Assembly: GCF_011386835.1 (NCBI RefSeq)
Contig: NC_088791.1
Location: 132,184,001 to 132,248,000 of the forward strand
DNA from: Chrysemys picta bellii
Taxonomy: Eukaryota
DNA length: 64,000 nt
Direction: 5' to 3'
Below are positions 1 through 12,300 of the stretch, in pieces (position 1 is the stretch's first letter; every line of letters begins with the position of its first letter). The notes under the pieces were generated by a model. It saw nothing but the letters and a program-made list of their open reading frames with translations. It made no database searches and was not told the origin of the DNA. Both the position numbers and the translations under genes were made by a program.

Positions 1-75
1 ACTTAGTTATGCATTAGTGAACCGAACTTCAGCAGATTTGTGGTTTAGCAAATGTTAGTCAACCCCCTCCACCTA

Positions 76-1135
76 CAATATACTTTCTAGTCCTTTGTTC
101 ATTCCTAGATTTAAATGACTCCAACCATGGAGCTTCTTTTGGAGAAGACCATTCCATATTCTATGTTAGTAGATCTCATCACTATAAATGTCTCTTGGTC
201 AATTTCATCACGCTATGATTTCATCATATTATGCATCCTTGTCCAGCTGTACAATTATGTCAATGAGGCTACGCTCCTGGACTGGGGCCAGAGCATGCAG
301 CATTTTACAAAGCTGAGTGCCATCTGAGGATGACTCAGTGGTCTGTCTGAAATTACTTGGTGGATGGCAGTCCAGTCCCCAATAGATTAATGTCCACACC
401 AACAAACAACCATCATAATTAGAATTATTTGGGCCCTGTGTTCAGGGCCGGCTCTAACTTTTTTGCCGCCCCAAGCTAAAAAAAAGAGCGCCGCTCTCCA
501 TAGCGCTGCCATAACACACACACTCAGCACCGCGCCAGAACCCCCCCCCCCCCGCATAGCGCTGCGCCGCTGAACCCCCCCTGCCGCCGAACCCCGCTGC
601 CAAACCCCCCCGCCGAACCCCCTCCAACCCCCCATGGAGCCGTGCCGCCAAACCCCCCAGCGTCCCCGCGGAGTGCCGCCAAACACCTCCCCCCCCCCCC
701 GCGGAGCACCGCGTCGCCAAAACCCCGCTGATCCTCCCGCCCCCCGCGGAGCGCTGCGCAATATACGTTCTAGTCCTTTGTTCATTCCTAGATTTAAATG
801 ACTCCAACCATGCAGCTTCCTTAGGAGAAGACTATTCCATATTCTACGTTAGTAGAGCTCACCACAATAAATGTCTCTTGGTCAATTTCATCACACTACT
901 TATACATTCTTGTCTAGCTGTACAATTATGTCAATGGGGCTACGTTCCTGCTGATTGTTAAATGCTTTACTGGACTGGGGCCAGAGCATGCAGCATTTTA
1001 CAAGACTCAGTGACATCTGAGGATGACTCAGTGGCCTGTCTGAAATTAATTGGTGGATGTCAGTCCAGTCCCCAGTAGATTAATGTCCACACCAACAAAC
1101 AACCATAATCATTAGAGTTATTTGTGCCCTGTGTT
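76..1135. repeat. Diverged tandem duplication of a ~370-bp intronic unit (76-442 and 759-1135)
   Basis: Both copies run from caatatac(t/g)ttctagtcctttgttcattcctagatttaaatgactccaaccatg to ...gccctgtgtt. They differ by many substitutions and by indels, including an extra ctgattgttaaatgcttta segment in copy 2. Confidence 0.9.
443..758. mobile_element. Truncated GC-rich hAT-type MITE (one end only)
   Basis: Begins cagggccggctctaacttttttgccgccccaagc, matching an end of the intact TSD-flanked MITE at 27516-27763. The interior is C-rich and the far terminal repeat is missing. Confidence 0.75.
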
Positions 1136-2056
1136 GAGAATCAGATGCCAAGGATAGATTGGATCATAAAGACTGAACTAACTTCTCACCACAAGGGATC
1201 GTCCCTCCAAGAAATTGCGATCAATTGAGAGGAGGTGGTGTGTAATTTAGAAGCTTGTTCTGCCACTGCCCAGCCTCTCTCTCTTTTGTGGATTTACTGA
1301 GTGTTTTGTTATCCAACCACAGTTGTCAGTCCAGCACCTTTCTTCATGCTGAAATTGACTGTAACAAAGAAATTAAATATCAATACTAAATCAAACTACC
1401 CCTCCCCTTTTTCTCCCCCCTTCCCTCCCCCTGCAATCCAAGGGGATCAGCATCTCTGACACTCAGACCGTTTATTTCTAAAGAGCTGTATAATGAACAC
1501 GGTATTAAACATTCTAAAATACAATAAAAACATTAGATCTGGGGACACCACTACAAAAATGTTCATGAATATCAGCTCTGTTGCTTTAATGCATCCTCCG
1601 TGGTGGTGTTTGTGCCTCTCTTGGCTTTGATTTCCATCAGCATTTGAGTTTCACTGTCACAAAAGGTCACAGAAAGTGAATTTCAGAGAGGTGTGCATGA
1701 ATCTTTGCAGAAACTGAAATTTTAAACATGGGAGTATTCTCAGTGGAAGGGCCTGCACATACACCCCCAAACATGTACAGCATTTACAACAAGATGACTT
1801 ATCTGACCAATCACAACATGGATCAAATTTTGATTATCAAATACACACACTGACTTGTTTTCAGTATTCATCCATTAACACTGATAAAGAATTAATTTGA
1901 GGAACTATCCAGAGGATAATTCCAGACCACAACAAAGGGTTTAATTGGTCCGATTTATTGTTCTTTGGGAATTACTTGCCAACTTCTAAAAAATACAGAA
2001 CAACTTTCTTAAGCTGAGATATCACCTTGACTGTCGGCCCCGTCTCCCCCTTCCAG

Positions 2057-2394
2057 GCTGGATGCACGCTGGCTACCCAATCATGTGTAATTTGGATTCA
2101 GTGAAGGAGTTGGTGAACATGGAATACATGCAAACGAATGGCCTTTGGGGTCCCATCCATGAGCTGGGACACAACCAGCAGCGGGAGGGCTGGGAATTCC
2201 CCCCTCACACTACTGAGGCCACCTGCAACCTGTGGTCTGTCTATGTGCATGAGAAGGTGCTGGGGATCTCCAGGGACAGAGCCCATGAAGAGCTACAGCT
2301 GCAGCATCGCAATAAAAGAATCAGCGATTACCTTGGCAAAGGAGCCCAGCTAAAGGACTGGAATGTCTGGACCGCACTGGAGACCTACCTGCAG
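2057..2394 (+). CDS. TCAF2: TCAF family (TRPM8 channel-associated factor, M60-like peptidase domain), penultimate coding exon
   Basis: Acceptor ttccag|gc (phase 1), donor cag|gtaaca (phase 0). Translates [11 protein letters not shown]...[13 protein letters not shown]...[21 protein letters not shown]...WTALETYLQ, the TCAF signature. HELGH is as in TCAF2, but orthology versus a local paralogue is not established. Confidence 0.93.
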
Positions 2395-3721
2395 GTAACA
2401 CAGAGGGATTCATGAGAAAGTGTCTGAATGCAAATGATTCTATAAAGGATGCTGGCTGGTTTGTATGTGCCACAAACATAGAAGCAGGTGGCAGGGGGAG
2501 AGAACTCAGAAACTTCTCCCTCAAAATTCAGGCCCCTCCCATTCGGGCTAAATAAGACTCACTATTCACTGAATGGCTTATTTATTCTACAGGCCTCAGT
2601 ACAACATACTGACATGGAATTACCGACCTATTCCAGTGTGTCTAGTAGAGGGCAGTGTTGGCACATTCACATCAGATAGCACATTTAATAATGCAGGTTA
2701 AATTGTTTCTGAAAAGTAACTATATAAAAAAGGCAACTTCAAACTCTAAGACACACTTCCTGTGTGCAGGCAGAATATGAGTCCCTCACTTTAGTGACTA
2801 AGGGATAGATTTTTAAGGGTATTTAAGTGCCTTAAAATGCAGATAGGCACCTGGTGGAATTTTCAAAAGGCACCTATGAGCATCTTTAGGATATTTTGAT
2901 AAATCTGGCCCTAAAAACTAAATTCTTACTCCTGTTAGTGCTACATAATCAGCAACATCTCAGAGAGAGGAAGGTGTATTATGCATCATCAGAGGTGTAT
3001 ATGTTCTAGTAGGTAACACAATGATGCAGAGAGTGCTGAGGGGGAGGGGGCGGTTCCCACATCACTCAGAGGAAGGAAGAAAGCATTAGTGCTCCAAGCC
3101 CTAACCCACTTTCATACTCACATACGCACGACCCGAGGCTGGTCAAGCCTGGGTGTAACGTAATAAAAAGAGCGGGAGGGGTGGACGGGAGTTTTTGTCC
3201 TGGGCCCAGGTCGTCTGGAGTCAGCTGTGATCGCTGAGATGCTTTAGCTTTTAGGAGAGTTTTAAGTCCTGGGTTCCTTTGGGGGTGTTCCATTTAGGGA
3301 CCTCTGCTCCTGATGCTTTTTGTACCAGTTAAAACCGCCTTTTTGTGGTCTTTTTAACTTTTTCAAAACACAACAGCTTCAGGGACGTGCAGCTCTGCTT
3401 CCGCCCACTTCCCAACCCCCCTGTTGTCTCGCCTGTGTTTTCCATCTCTGCAGCCCTGGTTCAGTGTACTTTTTCTTTTCTTATGGCTGTCTGTGGTTGA
3501 GTGGGAGAGAAACACAGCTGCAGATTTTTCATCTAGCACCATTGGGTTGTGACATGATCACTGAAATACAATTTCAGTACCTTACCCGAAAATGATATCA
3601 TGATCAGATAACCATGTAATAGTCATGAGGTGTGATTAGCCATAAATGTAGGTTTTGTCCATAATCCTCATAACATGGGACCAGATGCACTTTTAATGCT
3701 GGTTTTTTTCATGCTCTTCAG

Positions 3722-3961
3722 CTGCAGGAAGCCTTTGGCTGGGAACCTTTCATCCAACTCTTCTCTGAATACCAGACAATGTCTAACATCCCCACAGACA
3801 ACCCTTCCAAGATGAACCTGTGGGCAGAGAAGTTCTCTCGGCAGGTGAAGAAGAATCTGGCCCCTTTCTTTGTGGCTTGGGGCTGGCCTATCAAGGGGGA
3901 AGTCTCTAAGAAGTTGGCATCTCTGCCCAACTGGGATAAGAACCCAATGAAGAAAGTGTGA
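3722..3961 (+). CDS. TCAF2: TCAF family terminal coding exon
   Basis: Acceptor cttcag|ctg (phase 0). [18 protein letters not shown]...[28 protein letters not shown]...[12 protein letters not shown]-stop matches the TCAF C-terminus. Confidence 0.93.
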   Translation: MQEAFGWEPFIQLFSEYQTMSNIPTDNPSKMNLWAEKFSRQVKKNLAPFFVAWGWPIKGEVSKKLASLPNWDKNPMKKV

Positions 3962-4569
3962 TGCTTTATTCACATGGAATGGTGGCTGTAATTTTTAGAG
4001 ATAATTCAGAGTCACTTGTCTTTCCTATAAGGCTAGATTCAAATCTGTTTGGTGCGAGTTTATTAATTATCTGTTTCATACTTGTTGGTATTTCTGAAGT
4101 AAGTTGCCTTTGCCATGTGAAGCAAACGTCTTCCGTGATCTGAATTTTCTGTTCCTTTCTCTGGGACAGCTTCTGCTAACTTTGTTCTCATGGAGTAGCA
4201 TCTTACTCTGAGAAGACCCATTGATTTTAGTAGGGCTACTTGTGGATAAATACCTTACTCTATGAGTAGTCCTATTACTCCATGTGAGTCAGGGAAACAA
4301 ACCAAAGATATCCACAGCACTGATTGCCTGCCAGGCTAGATTAGTAAATTACCTTCTACTATTTTCATAACACATTTCATATTTTGGGGTGTAGCTCAGT
4401 CACTCCTAGCTATAATCTGTAGCGAACTCTTGGGAAAATATCATCTGGCCCTGAGTTACTGTGATTTATCAATTTGTTTCGATCTTACTTTTTTTTTTTT
4501 TTTTTTTGATACCTCCGTATCTGACAATGCCTCATCTTGATTGCCTGAATAGAGCAGGTATCTGCCCAT

Positions 4570-4910
4570 GTGCCTTCTGATGAAAACTGATGAAAAGAAG
4601 TTGCTGAGGTTTTCCCACACCCTTTCTTGTCTAAATGTCCCTACTGATGGAGCTCCCACCTCTTCTCTTTTGGAGACCATTCCACAGTCTAAAAAATCCC
4701 TCCCCGTGAAGAGATGTTTCTTGATATCCCGTATAAATTCACCTCTGCATCTTTTGCTCAGTTGCACATTCATCAGATTAATCTGGAGCATCCATATTAT
4801 TCCAGTTCTGGGTCAACCTACATTTCTCCCACTGCAGTTCATTCCTGTCCATCAGTGGTAGGGGCCTGAGTTCTCTCCCTTTGCTGTCCATTTATATGTC
4901 CATCAGCAGC
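4570..4910 (-). mobile_element. Old CR1/L3-type LINE 3' fragment
   Basis: The - frame gives EFIRDIKKHLFTGR...EEVGAPSVGTFRQ, a decayed form of the CR1 ORF2 C-terminus (FRLDIRKNFFT...EVVESPSLEVFK). Boundaries are approximate. Confidence 0.5.
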
Positions 4911-7187
4911 ACTTGCTACTTCAGTCCTGGGTTCCAACAAAATGTTGCTAATACCTCAAATTGTAACTTTCAGAAATTCTTGAAATTCCCTTTGAGGCTC
5001 TAATACAGGTTGAACAATACACCACAATTCTGATATACCACTTTCTTGCCATTTCAATTCCATGAGCTCCCCACAGCTCTGCTGCAGTCCCTCAGTCTTG
5101 GTCTGCTCTGCTCCCTCCCATGTCAGTCCTGGGATGCCTCCTACACATCTGCCAAAGCACCTCAACCGCGAGACATTTTTCTGACGTTGACCTTCCGCAG
5201 GCACCACCCCCGGCATTTCCCCTGGTTATTATTCAATTAAGAATTAGACACCTCTGCCAACTCACTGTTATGTGTGAACTGAAGAGCTGAGAAGTTTTAC
5301 ACACAACTTCCTTCCCTAGGACTATAGGATATAAGGCAGCACGTACTAAAGCAATCAGGAACACTGTTGGAAAGAGAGAGTTGTAGTTGGTTTGCATGTG
5401 TCTGAAATTTGTCAGCATTGCAAAGTGAGGGAAGATCAGGGCTAAATCCATCGTTTACAGCTAGAAAATCCTAAACTAACTATTTTGTTAAGGAAATCTA
5501 AGGGGTTGCTTTGTGATTCTCCTATAGAGCACACTCCTCCCACGCAATCCTTAAGGCGCACTGCTTGTTGAAAATGGGCACTCGTAGTCATCCAAGATAC
5601 TTTACCAGCTGCAACTGTTTAGTTTGTGTGTGGTTTAAGAATTTGGTTTAAGAATTGACTGCCATATACCTGTTGCCTGGCAAGTGTTTGTTCACTAGTG
5701 GAATGGATACGTTCCTATTTAACCCTTTTGCCATGTGTTGCTGGCAATTAAAAGAGCTAGATTTAATTACTATGAGGTTCCCTATAAAAATTTACATATC
5801 GGCTTCATCCCCCACCCAAAAACTTAGGAAAAACTGAATTCCCCACTATGTGCTCTTGACAGGCACTGCTTTCTTCTTGCAAGCCCTGAGTTCATTGCAC
5901 AAAACAAACAAGATTTATAGGGGTATAGTGCCATGATCACCACCCACCTCTATTTCTGCTTCACCAGGGCCCCTTTAAAAAGTCACTCAGTCTCTGTTCA
6001 CCTTCTTACCCTCAAAAGTCCTTTAATTCACACTTCACCAGACTGGCAACAGAGTTTTTCAAAAACAGATTTCAGAAGTCCCAAAACAAACACAAAGTCT
6101 TTCATCAGCTCCACACACTCGCCTGTTTTCTGTGGGTCCCTAACTTACAGCCAGGCCTCCTGCCTCACTACTTCTCTCAGCCATCCACCCCTGCACCATC
6201 TGCTGCCTTTTGTATTTGAATGACCTGATTGCGCTCAGGTAGGGCTGATTCCTCTCAGCTTGTAAAATTAGGGGAACCTTAGCCCCAGGATCTCCAGCCC
6301 AAGGGCAAGCCACCAATGGGGGAAAGGGGACAGAATAAACTTGGGAAAGCCAGTAATAATTAATTAACAATATTTGTGTGCATATATATAAATAAAATAA
6401 GACTCCCCCCTGCCTCCAGAGTGTCTTACAACAGTCTTCAACAGAATCCTCCTCTCCTGGTGTGAGTGTCCAGTAAGGCAATGTATTCCTGCAATAGCCA
6501 CTTCCCTCCTCCCACCTCTTCACTGCAGCCTCCCCCCCCCCCGACACACACACTCACTGTTTGAGATTGGTGGGGTCCAGAGTTTGTGCAGCTCCATCTC
6601 TAGCCACAAAGGGAAGGAGCAGTCTGGTCTGCTATGGGGGCTTTACCACATGACACAGAGGTGGTGGTGATAGCTTAGATTGCTGGGTAGTGGGGCTTTT
6701 GTCAGGGTTCTTTATTTATAGTGTTGCCCTTTGTGGCTCTAGCAACAGCCACCATCACCCACCTCAAAGCCACCTCTTGTTCATGAAAGCTTCCTCTGCA
6801 CCACGTCTTTGCAAAATCTTCAGAGAGGAAATTAGTAGCATATAGGACCCTAAGCTGAGTCGTTGCTACCAGGCAGACACTCACATCAGAACACACACTC
6901 ACTTAGCTTTGTCCAAGGTCCACTCAAACATGCCAGACTGTGGATTTGGTCAGGGTGATCGTTTACTCCAGGCACATTTTGTACAGTTCACTAGCCCTTT
7001 CATTATCCAACAGGGATAATAGGATTTTAATACTATAGCACTTTATTCTTCTCTCGACCTTGCAGCATCTACAGCAAGGACTATGTCGGCTTAACTACAT
7101 TGATCAGGGGTGTGACTTTTTCACACTGACAAGATTCAACCTGAATCTTAAGTGTAGACCTGGTCTTGGATAGCTCTATGCCTGTTT

Positions 7188-7313
7188 ATAGATTCATAGA
7201 TTCATAGATTCTAGGACTGGAAGGGACCTCGAGAGGTCATCGAGTCCAGTCCCCTGCCCGCATGGCAGGACCAAATACTGTCTAGACCATCCCTGATAGA
7301 CATTTATCTAACC
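7188..7313 (-). mobile_element. CR1 3' end fragment
   Basis: (atagattc)x3 octamer tail followed by ggactggaagggacctcgagaggtcatcgagtccagtcccctg, the reverse complement of the turtle CR1 3' UTR. Confidence 0.85.
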
Positions 7314-7339
7314 ATTTATCAATTTATCTGTTGCCCTAC

Positions 7340-7480
7340 TTAAAGCCATATAGCCATCCTCATCTTCACTCTCGGCATCCTCTTGAACACCTTGTCTCAA
7401 GGATGAACAAAACCAACTTGGAACTGTTTCATCTGTGTCCTCTGATCTAATGCTGTCCAGGTTCTCTGGCCATTGTCCAG
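7340..7480 (-). other. Candidate orphan exon (phase 1-1, 141 nt, open frame), possibly part of the - strand SCAN-KRAB pseudogene
   Basis: Acceptor tttcttaatag|ct, donor taa|gtaggg. Peptide GQWPENLDSIRSEDTDETVPSWFCSSLRQGVQEDAESEDEDGYMAL; family not recognised. Confidence 0.3.
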
Positions 7481-8084
7481 CTATTAAGAAATGTTCGGAA
7501 AACAAACATCGGTAAACTCCTGCTTTAGATATATAAAGTCCTGGTCAGTTCCTACCCCCAATACTCCCAGCCTCCTCAGTATTTTATACCCTATTGACCT
7601 GCGACATGCCTCTGCAGTTCAGATTGTTTGAGGGAGATTCCCCAGCCTCATATGAGGCCTCCCCTCTGTGGGTTCAAGCAATGGACTGGCAGCAAACTCA
7701 TCAGACAGCGTCACAATCACTCAGGTCCCCTGGTCACGTTCTGGAATCTCCAGCAGTGGCTGGGCCAGAAGGTTTCACGTCCTCCTCAGAAATGTCACTG
7801 GCACAGAGCTTTATTTGCAATGTCTGAGCACACTCAGAGCTAAACAAATTCTGTAACTCTCATGGGGTGGTGAAGGAGTCCATGTTTCCACAATTTCTGA
7901 AAATGTGCTGTTGAAACAAGATGGCCTCTTTCATACCTTGAGGATTTGAGGTCTCCTGGGGTAATGCTACAAACAACCAAAGGCTAAGCACTAGAGGCCA
8001 GATTTCCAGCCTAGAAACCATCTCTGGTTCGTGCAGGTCCTGGAGTCCCACCACCCACAAGGTCCCACTCCCAACTGGGCCTAC

Positions 8085-10135
8085 TGTAGCCTATAGGGTT
8101 AATGTGCTTGCTTGCTTGCATATATATCTATATTTTTTTTTCTTATAGTTTAAGTATTTGGTTTATTGTAATAAGTTTATAGATTTATATTAAAGTAAGT
8201 TTGGCTGAAATGCAAGGGACCTACAGGCCATATCCTGTATGTTAAGCTAAGGCAAAGTTAGTATATCTATATCTGGGACCTTTCACCCAGATAGAAAAGT
8301 TGACCTACATATTGACACCTTTCACCTAAATAGCAAGTCAACACCCATGCATATGTCTAAGACCTTTTACCTAGATAGATAGATAATGGAAGAATGGCAT
8401 GGGGGGGAGGGTTCCAAGTTTGTACCCACAGACTTAACAGGAAGACCACAAGGAAAGAACTAAAATGACTAAAGAACAAAAATAACATGTGCGGATGTAC
8501 ATGTCATCAATACGCACAAACATACTAGCCTATGGAGTAAGTGTACCCTAACATTTTTGTGGGTGAGGAATGAAGTTTGGGCATAGGAGGAAGGATTTCC
8601 GGCACTTGTGCCCTATAAAAGAGGTGACCCACCTCACTGGAGTATTCTATTCTATCTATGACAACTACTACTACAGTAACTCCTCACTTAACATTGTAGT
8701 TATGTTCCTGAAAAATGCGACTTTAAGCGAAACGATGTTAAGCGAATCCAATTTCCCCATAAGAATTAATGTAAATGAGGGGGTTAGGTTCCAGGGAAAT
8801 TTTTTTCACCAGACAAAAGACTATATTATACATACATATATACATACACACACGCAGTATAAGTTTTAAACAAACAATTTAATACTGGTACACAGTGATG
8901 ATGATTGTGAAGCTTGGTTGAGGTGGAGGAGTCAGAGGGTGGGATATTTTCCAGGGAATGCCTTACTGCTAAATGAACTAGCAATTGACTGAGCCCTCAA
9001 GGGTTAACTCTCACAACACTCTACAAGGTCCAGGAAAGGAGGGAGGGCAGACAGAGAAATGCGCATTTCCCCTTTAAGTAGCTGACAGGCTTAAGTACAC
9101 TGCCCTGTTAATTAAATCAGTTTGCTGAGACCTGAGACCCGAAGCTACTGCCTAGAAGCTCCCTCCATCCCTCGTGTGTCCCCCCTGCTCTATGGAAGAT
9201 GGGGTAAGTGAAGTGCAGGAGCAGGGGGGAGGGGGAGACACCCTGACATTAGCCCCCCTCTTCCTCCCCTCCCGCACAGCAAGCAGGAGTCTTGGGGAGC
9301 AGCTACAAGGCAGAGGGCAGGAGCAGCACATGGCAGTGGGGGGAGGGACAGCTGCTGCATAGAGAACTTAGGGGAGCGGGGAACTGATATGGGTCCACCC
9401 TGGTTCCAACCACCCACCCGCTAGCTGCAACAGGCTGCTCTTCCTGCAAGCAGTGGACAAAATAGGCAGCTGCCAAACGACTAGAAGGGAGCATTTCACA
9501 ACTTTAAACGAGCATGTTCCCTAATTGATCAGCAACTTAACATCGAAACAACATTAACCGGGATGACTTTAAGTGAGGAGTTCCTGTATTAGTAGGCTGT
9601 ACTTGTTTTCTTAACTTTCTAACTTCCAAGAGGACTAGGCTAAGCTTGGTTTCCCTACTGTTTTTCTTAGTTTGTTTATTAGGTTTTGATTTTAAGTTTA
9701 AGTTAGTTAAGTAAACTCTAAGTTAGCTCTGATAGCTCTTAGCATTAGCTTCTTCTAAGCACTGCATCTCTCACTCAAGAATTGAGAAACTTGAACCCCT
9801 GAGGCGAGGCTGGTCCTGTGTCTCTTACCACCAGGTTATCAAGAAAGGGTGTGAGTATATTAACCAAAGCTTTGTAGCATATAATACTATATTACCATAT
9901 GTATCTTTTGAATAGCAGTAATGCAATTGTAATTTTGTAACTCTGATTATTTTACCCTTTAATTACTACTTCATTTATTTTAATAAAAAGTCTTTATGGC
10001 TATATCTGCCTCAGTGTCATACCCCCAAGGGTCCTTTGTAAATTCTGTGGAGCCTGATTCGGGACAAGAACTTTTATCTTCTGATCAAACAGATTGGAGA
10101 GCCTAAAACCCATATTATCCAAATTAATATTAACA
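8085..10135 (+). mobile_element. Solo LTR (~1.1 kb once the nested MITE is removed)
   Basis: TG...CA ends (tgtagcc...ttaaca), TATA tataaaa at 8614-8620, aataaa at 9982-9987. The target-site duplication is only imperfect (gcctac/ccctaa). Confidence 0.6.
8674..9586. mobile_element. Tc1/mariner (Tigger-like) non-autonomous element nested in the LTR
   Basis: TIRs cagtaactcctcacttaa / ttaagtgaggagttcctg, flanked by TA on both sides. Confidence 0.85.
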
Positions 10136-10786
10136 CCCTAAATCAGGCAACATTACGCAGGGCCTAGATTGAGACAGACTGGTAGAGGTGAGCATGGGCA
10201 GGCTACACAAGGGATCATGAGGACTGGCTCACCCCTGGAAAAACAATCAAACACATGTGATGTGTGCCTCGGGGGCAGGGTCTTGGGAGACATAGAGAGG
10301 TGTGATTTTCAGACCCATCTCAGAGCTGATTGGTCCAGGGGAGGAGGACCTACCATTGGAAGGCCCAATTGTGCCCCATAGTACATGCTCAGTGGCAGGA
10401 CATATGTCACACCCCTTAATGCTGATTGGTCCTAGGGCAGCGCTAAGAGGGGTGTGAACAGAGGTTAACAGGTGGGGTGTGGAAAGTTTGAAAGGTGGGG
10501 TGTAAGGGTTTGTCTACACAGAAAACTCCTGATTATCTAAAATCAGTTTTTAAACCGATTTAGTGAAACCAGTGCAAACCTCTTCACAGAGCTGTAATTT
10601 TTTTCAATGTTGATTTAGCTTAACTCAGTAAATTAGCAATTTAAAATTTTTAAAGTTTTTAGTTAACTGGTGCAAACTGTGTATGCAGACCAGGCCTAGG
10701 ACATGAGAGAAGAACCAAGAGCCACAGCAGACCTGGCACCAGAAGACCACACAGTGTCTATGGAATGAGAGAAAATAAATCTTTAC

Positions 10787-10905
10787 TGAGAGATCACAGT
10801 CCCATAATTCTCCCTCATGACATCCCTGTAAAGCTGCCTTTCATCCAAATGACCCCATGCCTCCTGTCTGACATACACAGCCATATCACGGAATGTCACC
10901 AGCAT
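10787..10905 (-). pseudogene. KRAB-A pseudo-exon
   Basis: Reverse strand reads [39 protein letters not shown]. Donor gtaaag is retained, the acceptor is mutated to ttcac, and two codons are deleted. Confidence 0.85.
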
Positions 10906-11614
10906 GTGAACTAATAAGTGACCCTACCTCCAATGACAATCCCACTACCCAGTGCTGAGTAATGAGGATAGGAAGACAGAAGCAGCAAATTGAGGGTGCC
11001 ATAATGCTCCCAACATTGCTGGCAGGATCCAGAGGCAGGGGTTCTACTAGTTCAGGATTTGGGACCTGTTTTATGTAGTGAGGTGGAAGGAGAAAAGAAA
11101 GGGGGAGCAGGGTAGGGAAAGCGGTGTTGGGGAAGAAACAAAGAAAAGGGACAGGATTGATTATGGGGAGAGAGACAGATATTTAAAAAAAGTAGATACA
11201 GAGAATTCACTAGTTCGAGGGTCATATTAAATACAATTACATACAACAACAGAAACAAAAGCCTACATTAAAAGGATGTTAAGGTGGCAAAGTCAAGCAC
11301 CCCAAAGTTACGAATTGTCAGAGTTAAGGCTGTCTGTGCAACCTTAGTGCATTACGATACAGTTTTAATTACTTGATCTTGTACTATTTTTTCAGAGGAC
11401 CCCATCTCATTCAGTGCACAGGATGGATGGATGGTGCTCATGGCATGGGTAGCTCTTTAATATTTCTTTTTCTACTCATCATTCAATGTGTGGCTCCCCA
11501 CTTTATTTAACACACACCATACAAACCTTGCACTAAATACTGAATTGGTCATTTCCTCATGGTTGTTTCTGTGGTGCTCATCACTCTAATATCTGAGTCG
11601 CTCCCAGCCATCAA

Positions 11615-11705
11615 CGAATTTATCTTCACAACACTTCTGTGAAGTGAGGGGTTATTATTCTTCCCATTTTACAGATGACAAGCTGAGGCACAGAGAGATT
11701 AAAGC
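11615..11705 (-). mobile_element. MIR/CORE-SINE fragment
   Basis: attattcttcccattttacagatgacaagctgaggcacagagagattaa is the MIR core motif. Confidence 0.65.
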
Positions 11706-12300
11706 CCAAAATTGTCAAAAGTGTCTATTAATTTTGGGTGCCCAATTTGAGAGACTTAGGACCTGATTTTTCAGAGTACTTAGGATTATATAGCACTTTA
11801 TATGTTCAAAGCGCAGCTCCCATTGACTTCAAGTCCCTTTGCCAACGCCTGAAGGTGCTAGAGCTTCTCAACAAAGCAGCTGTGAGCATTTCTTAACATG
11901 GACAAGACAACATATTTTTCTCTTCTCATTCTTAGAAATAGTGGAACTATTTTAGCTGAGACTTTGCAAAAAAAAATTAGTGTGAGGCACACACCTGCCA
12001 TGGAAAATTTCAGTCCAAGTGGTTAAGTATGTGAAGATCATGAGCAACTGAAAACAGAATCTTCTAATGGAAGGGGTTGGGCAAACTTAACTATAGGCAC
12101 TGCTACCAACTCTGCCTGTACTGAATTGTGAAGTTCATTCTCTTTCTCGTCCCTAAACCACACTGGTATTTTTTCCTCCTTTTCTGTGCTTTGGGAAATT
12201 CTCCTTTCCCAGTTCACAGTCCAGATGTTTATGTAATCAGCACTGGGCTCTCTTAGGATCATATATTGCCTCCCAGCAATCAATACCGGACTACCAAGTA

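Noticed and set aside
387-807. Gly-rich ORFs of 117-132 aa on the - strand
   Set aside because: They arise from the C-rich interior of a hAT MITE; low complexity, no gene structure.
6557-7000. Two - strand gtgagt donors with exon-like upstream sequence (~6557-6690, ~6902-7000)
   Set aside because: The 6557-6690 segment has stops in all three frames, the 6902-7000 segment has no clear acceptor, and neither peptide is recognisable. They cannot be tied to the pseudogene.
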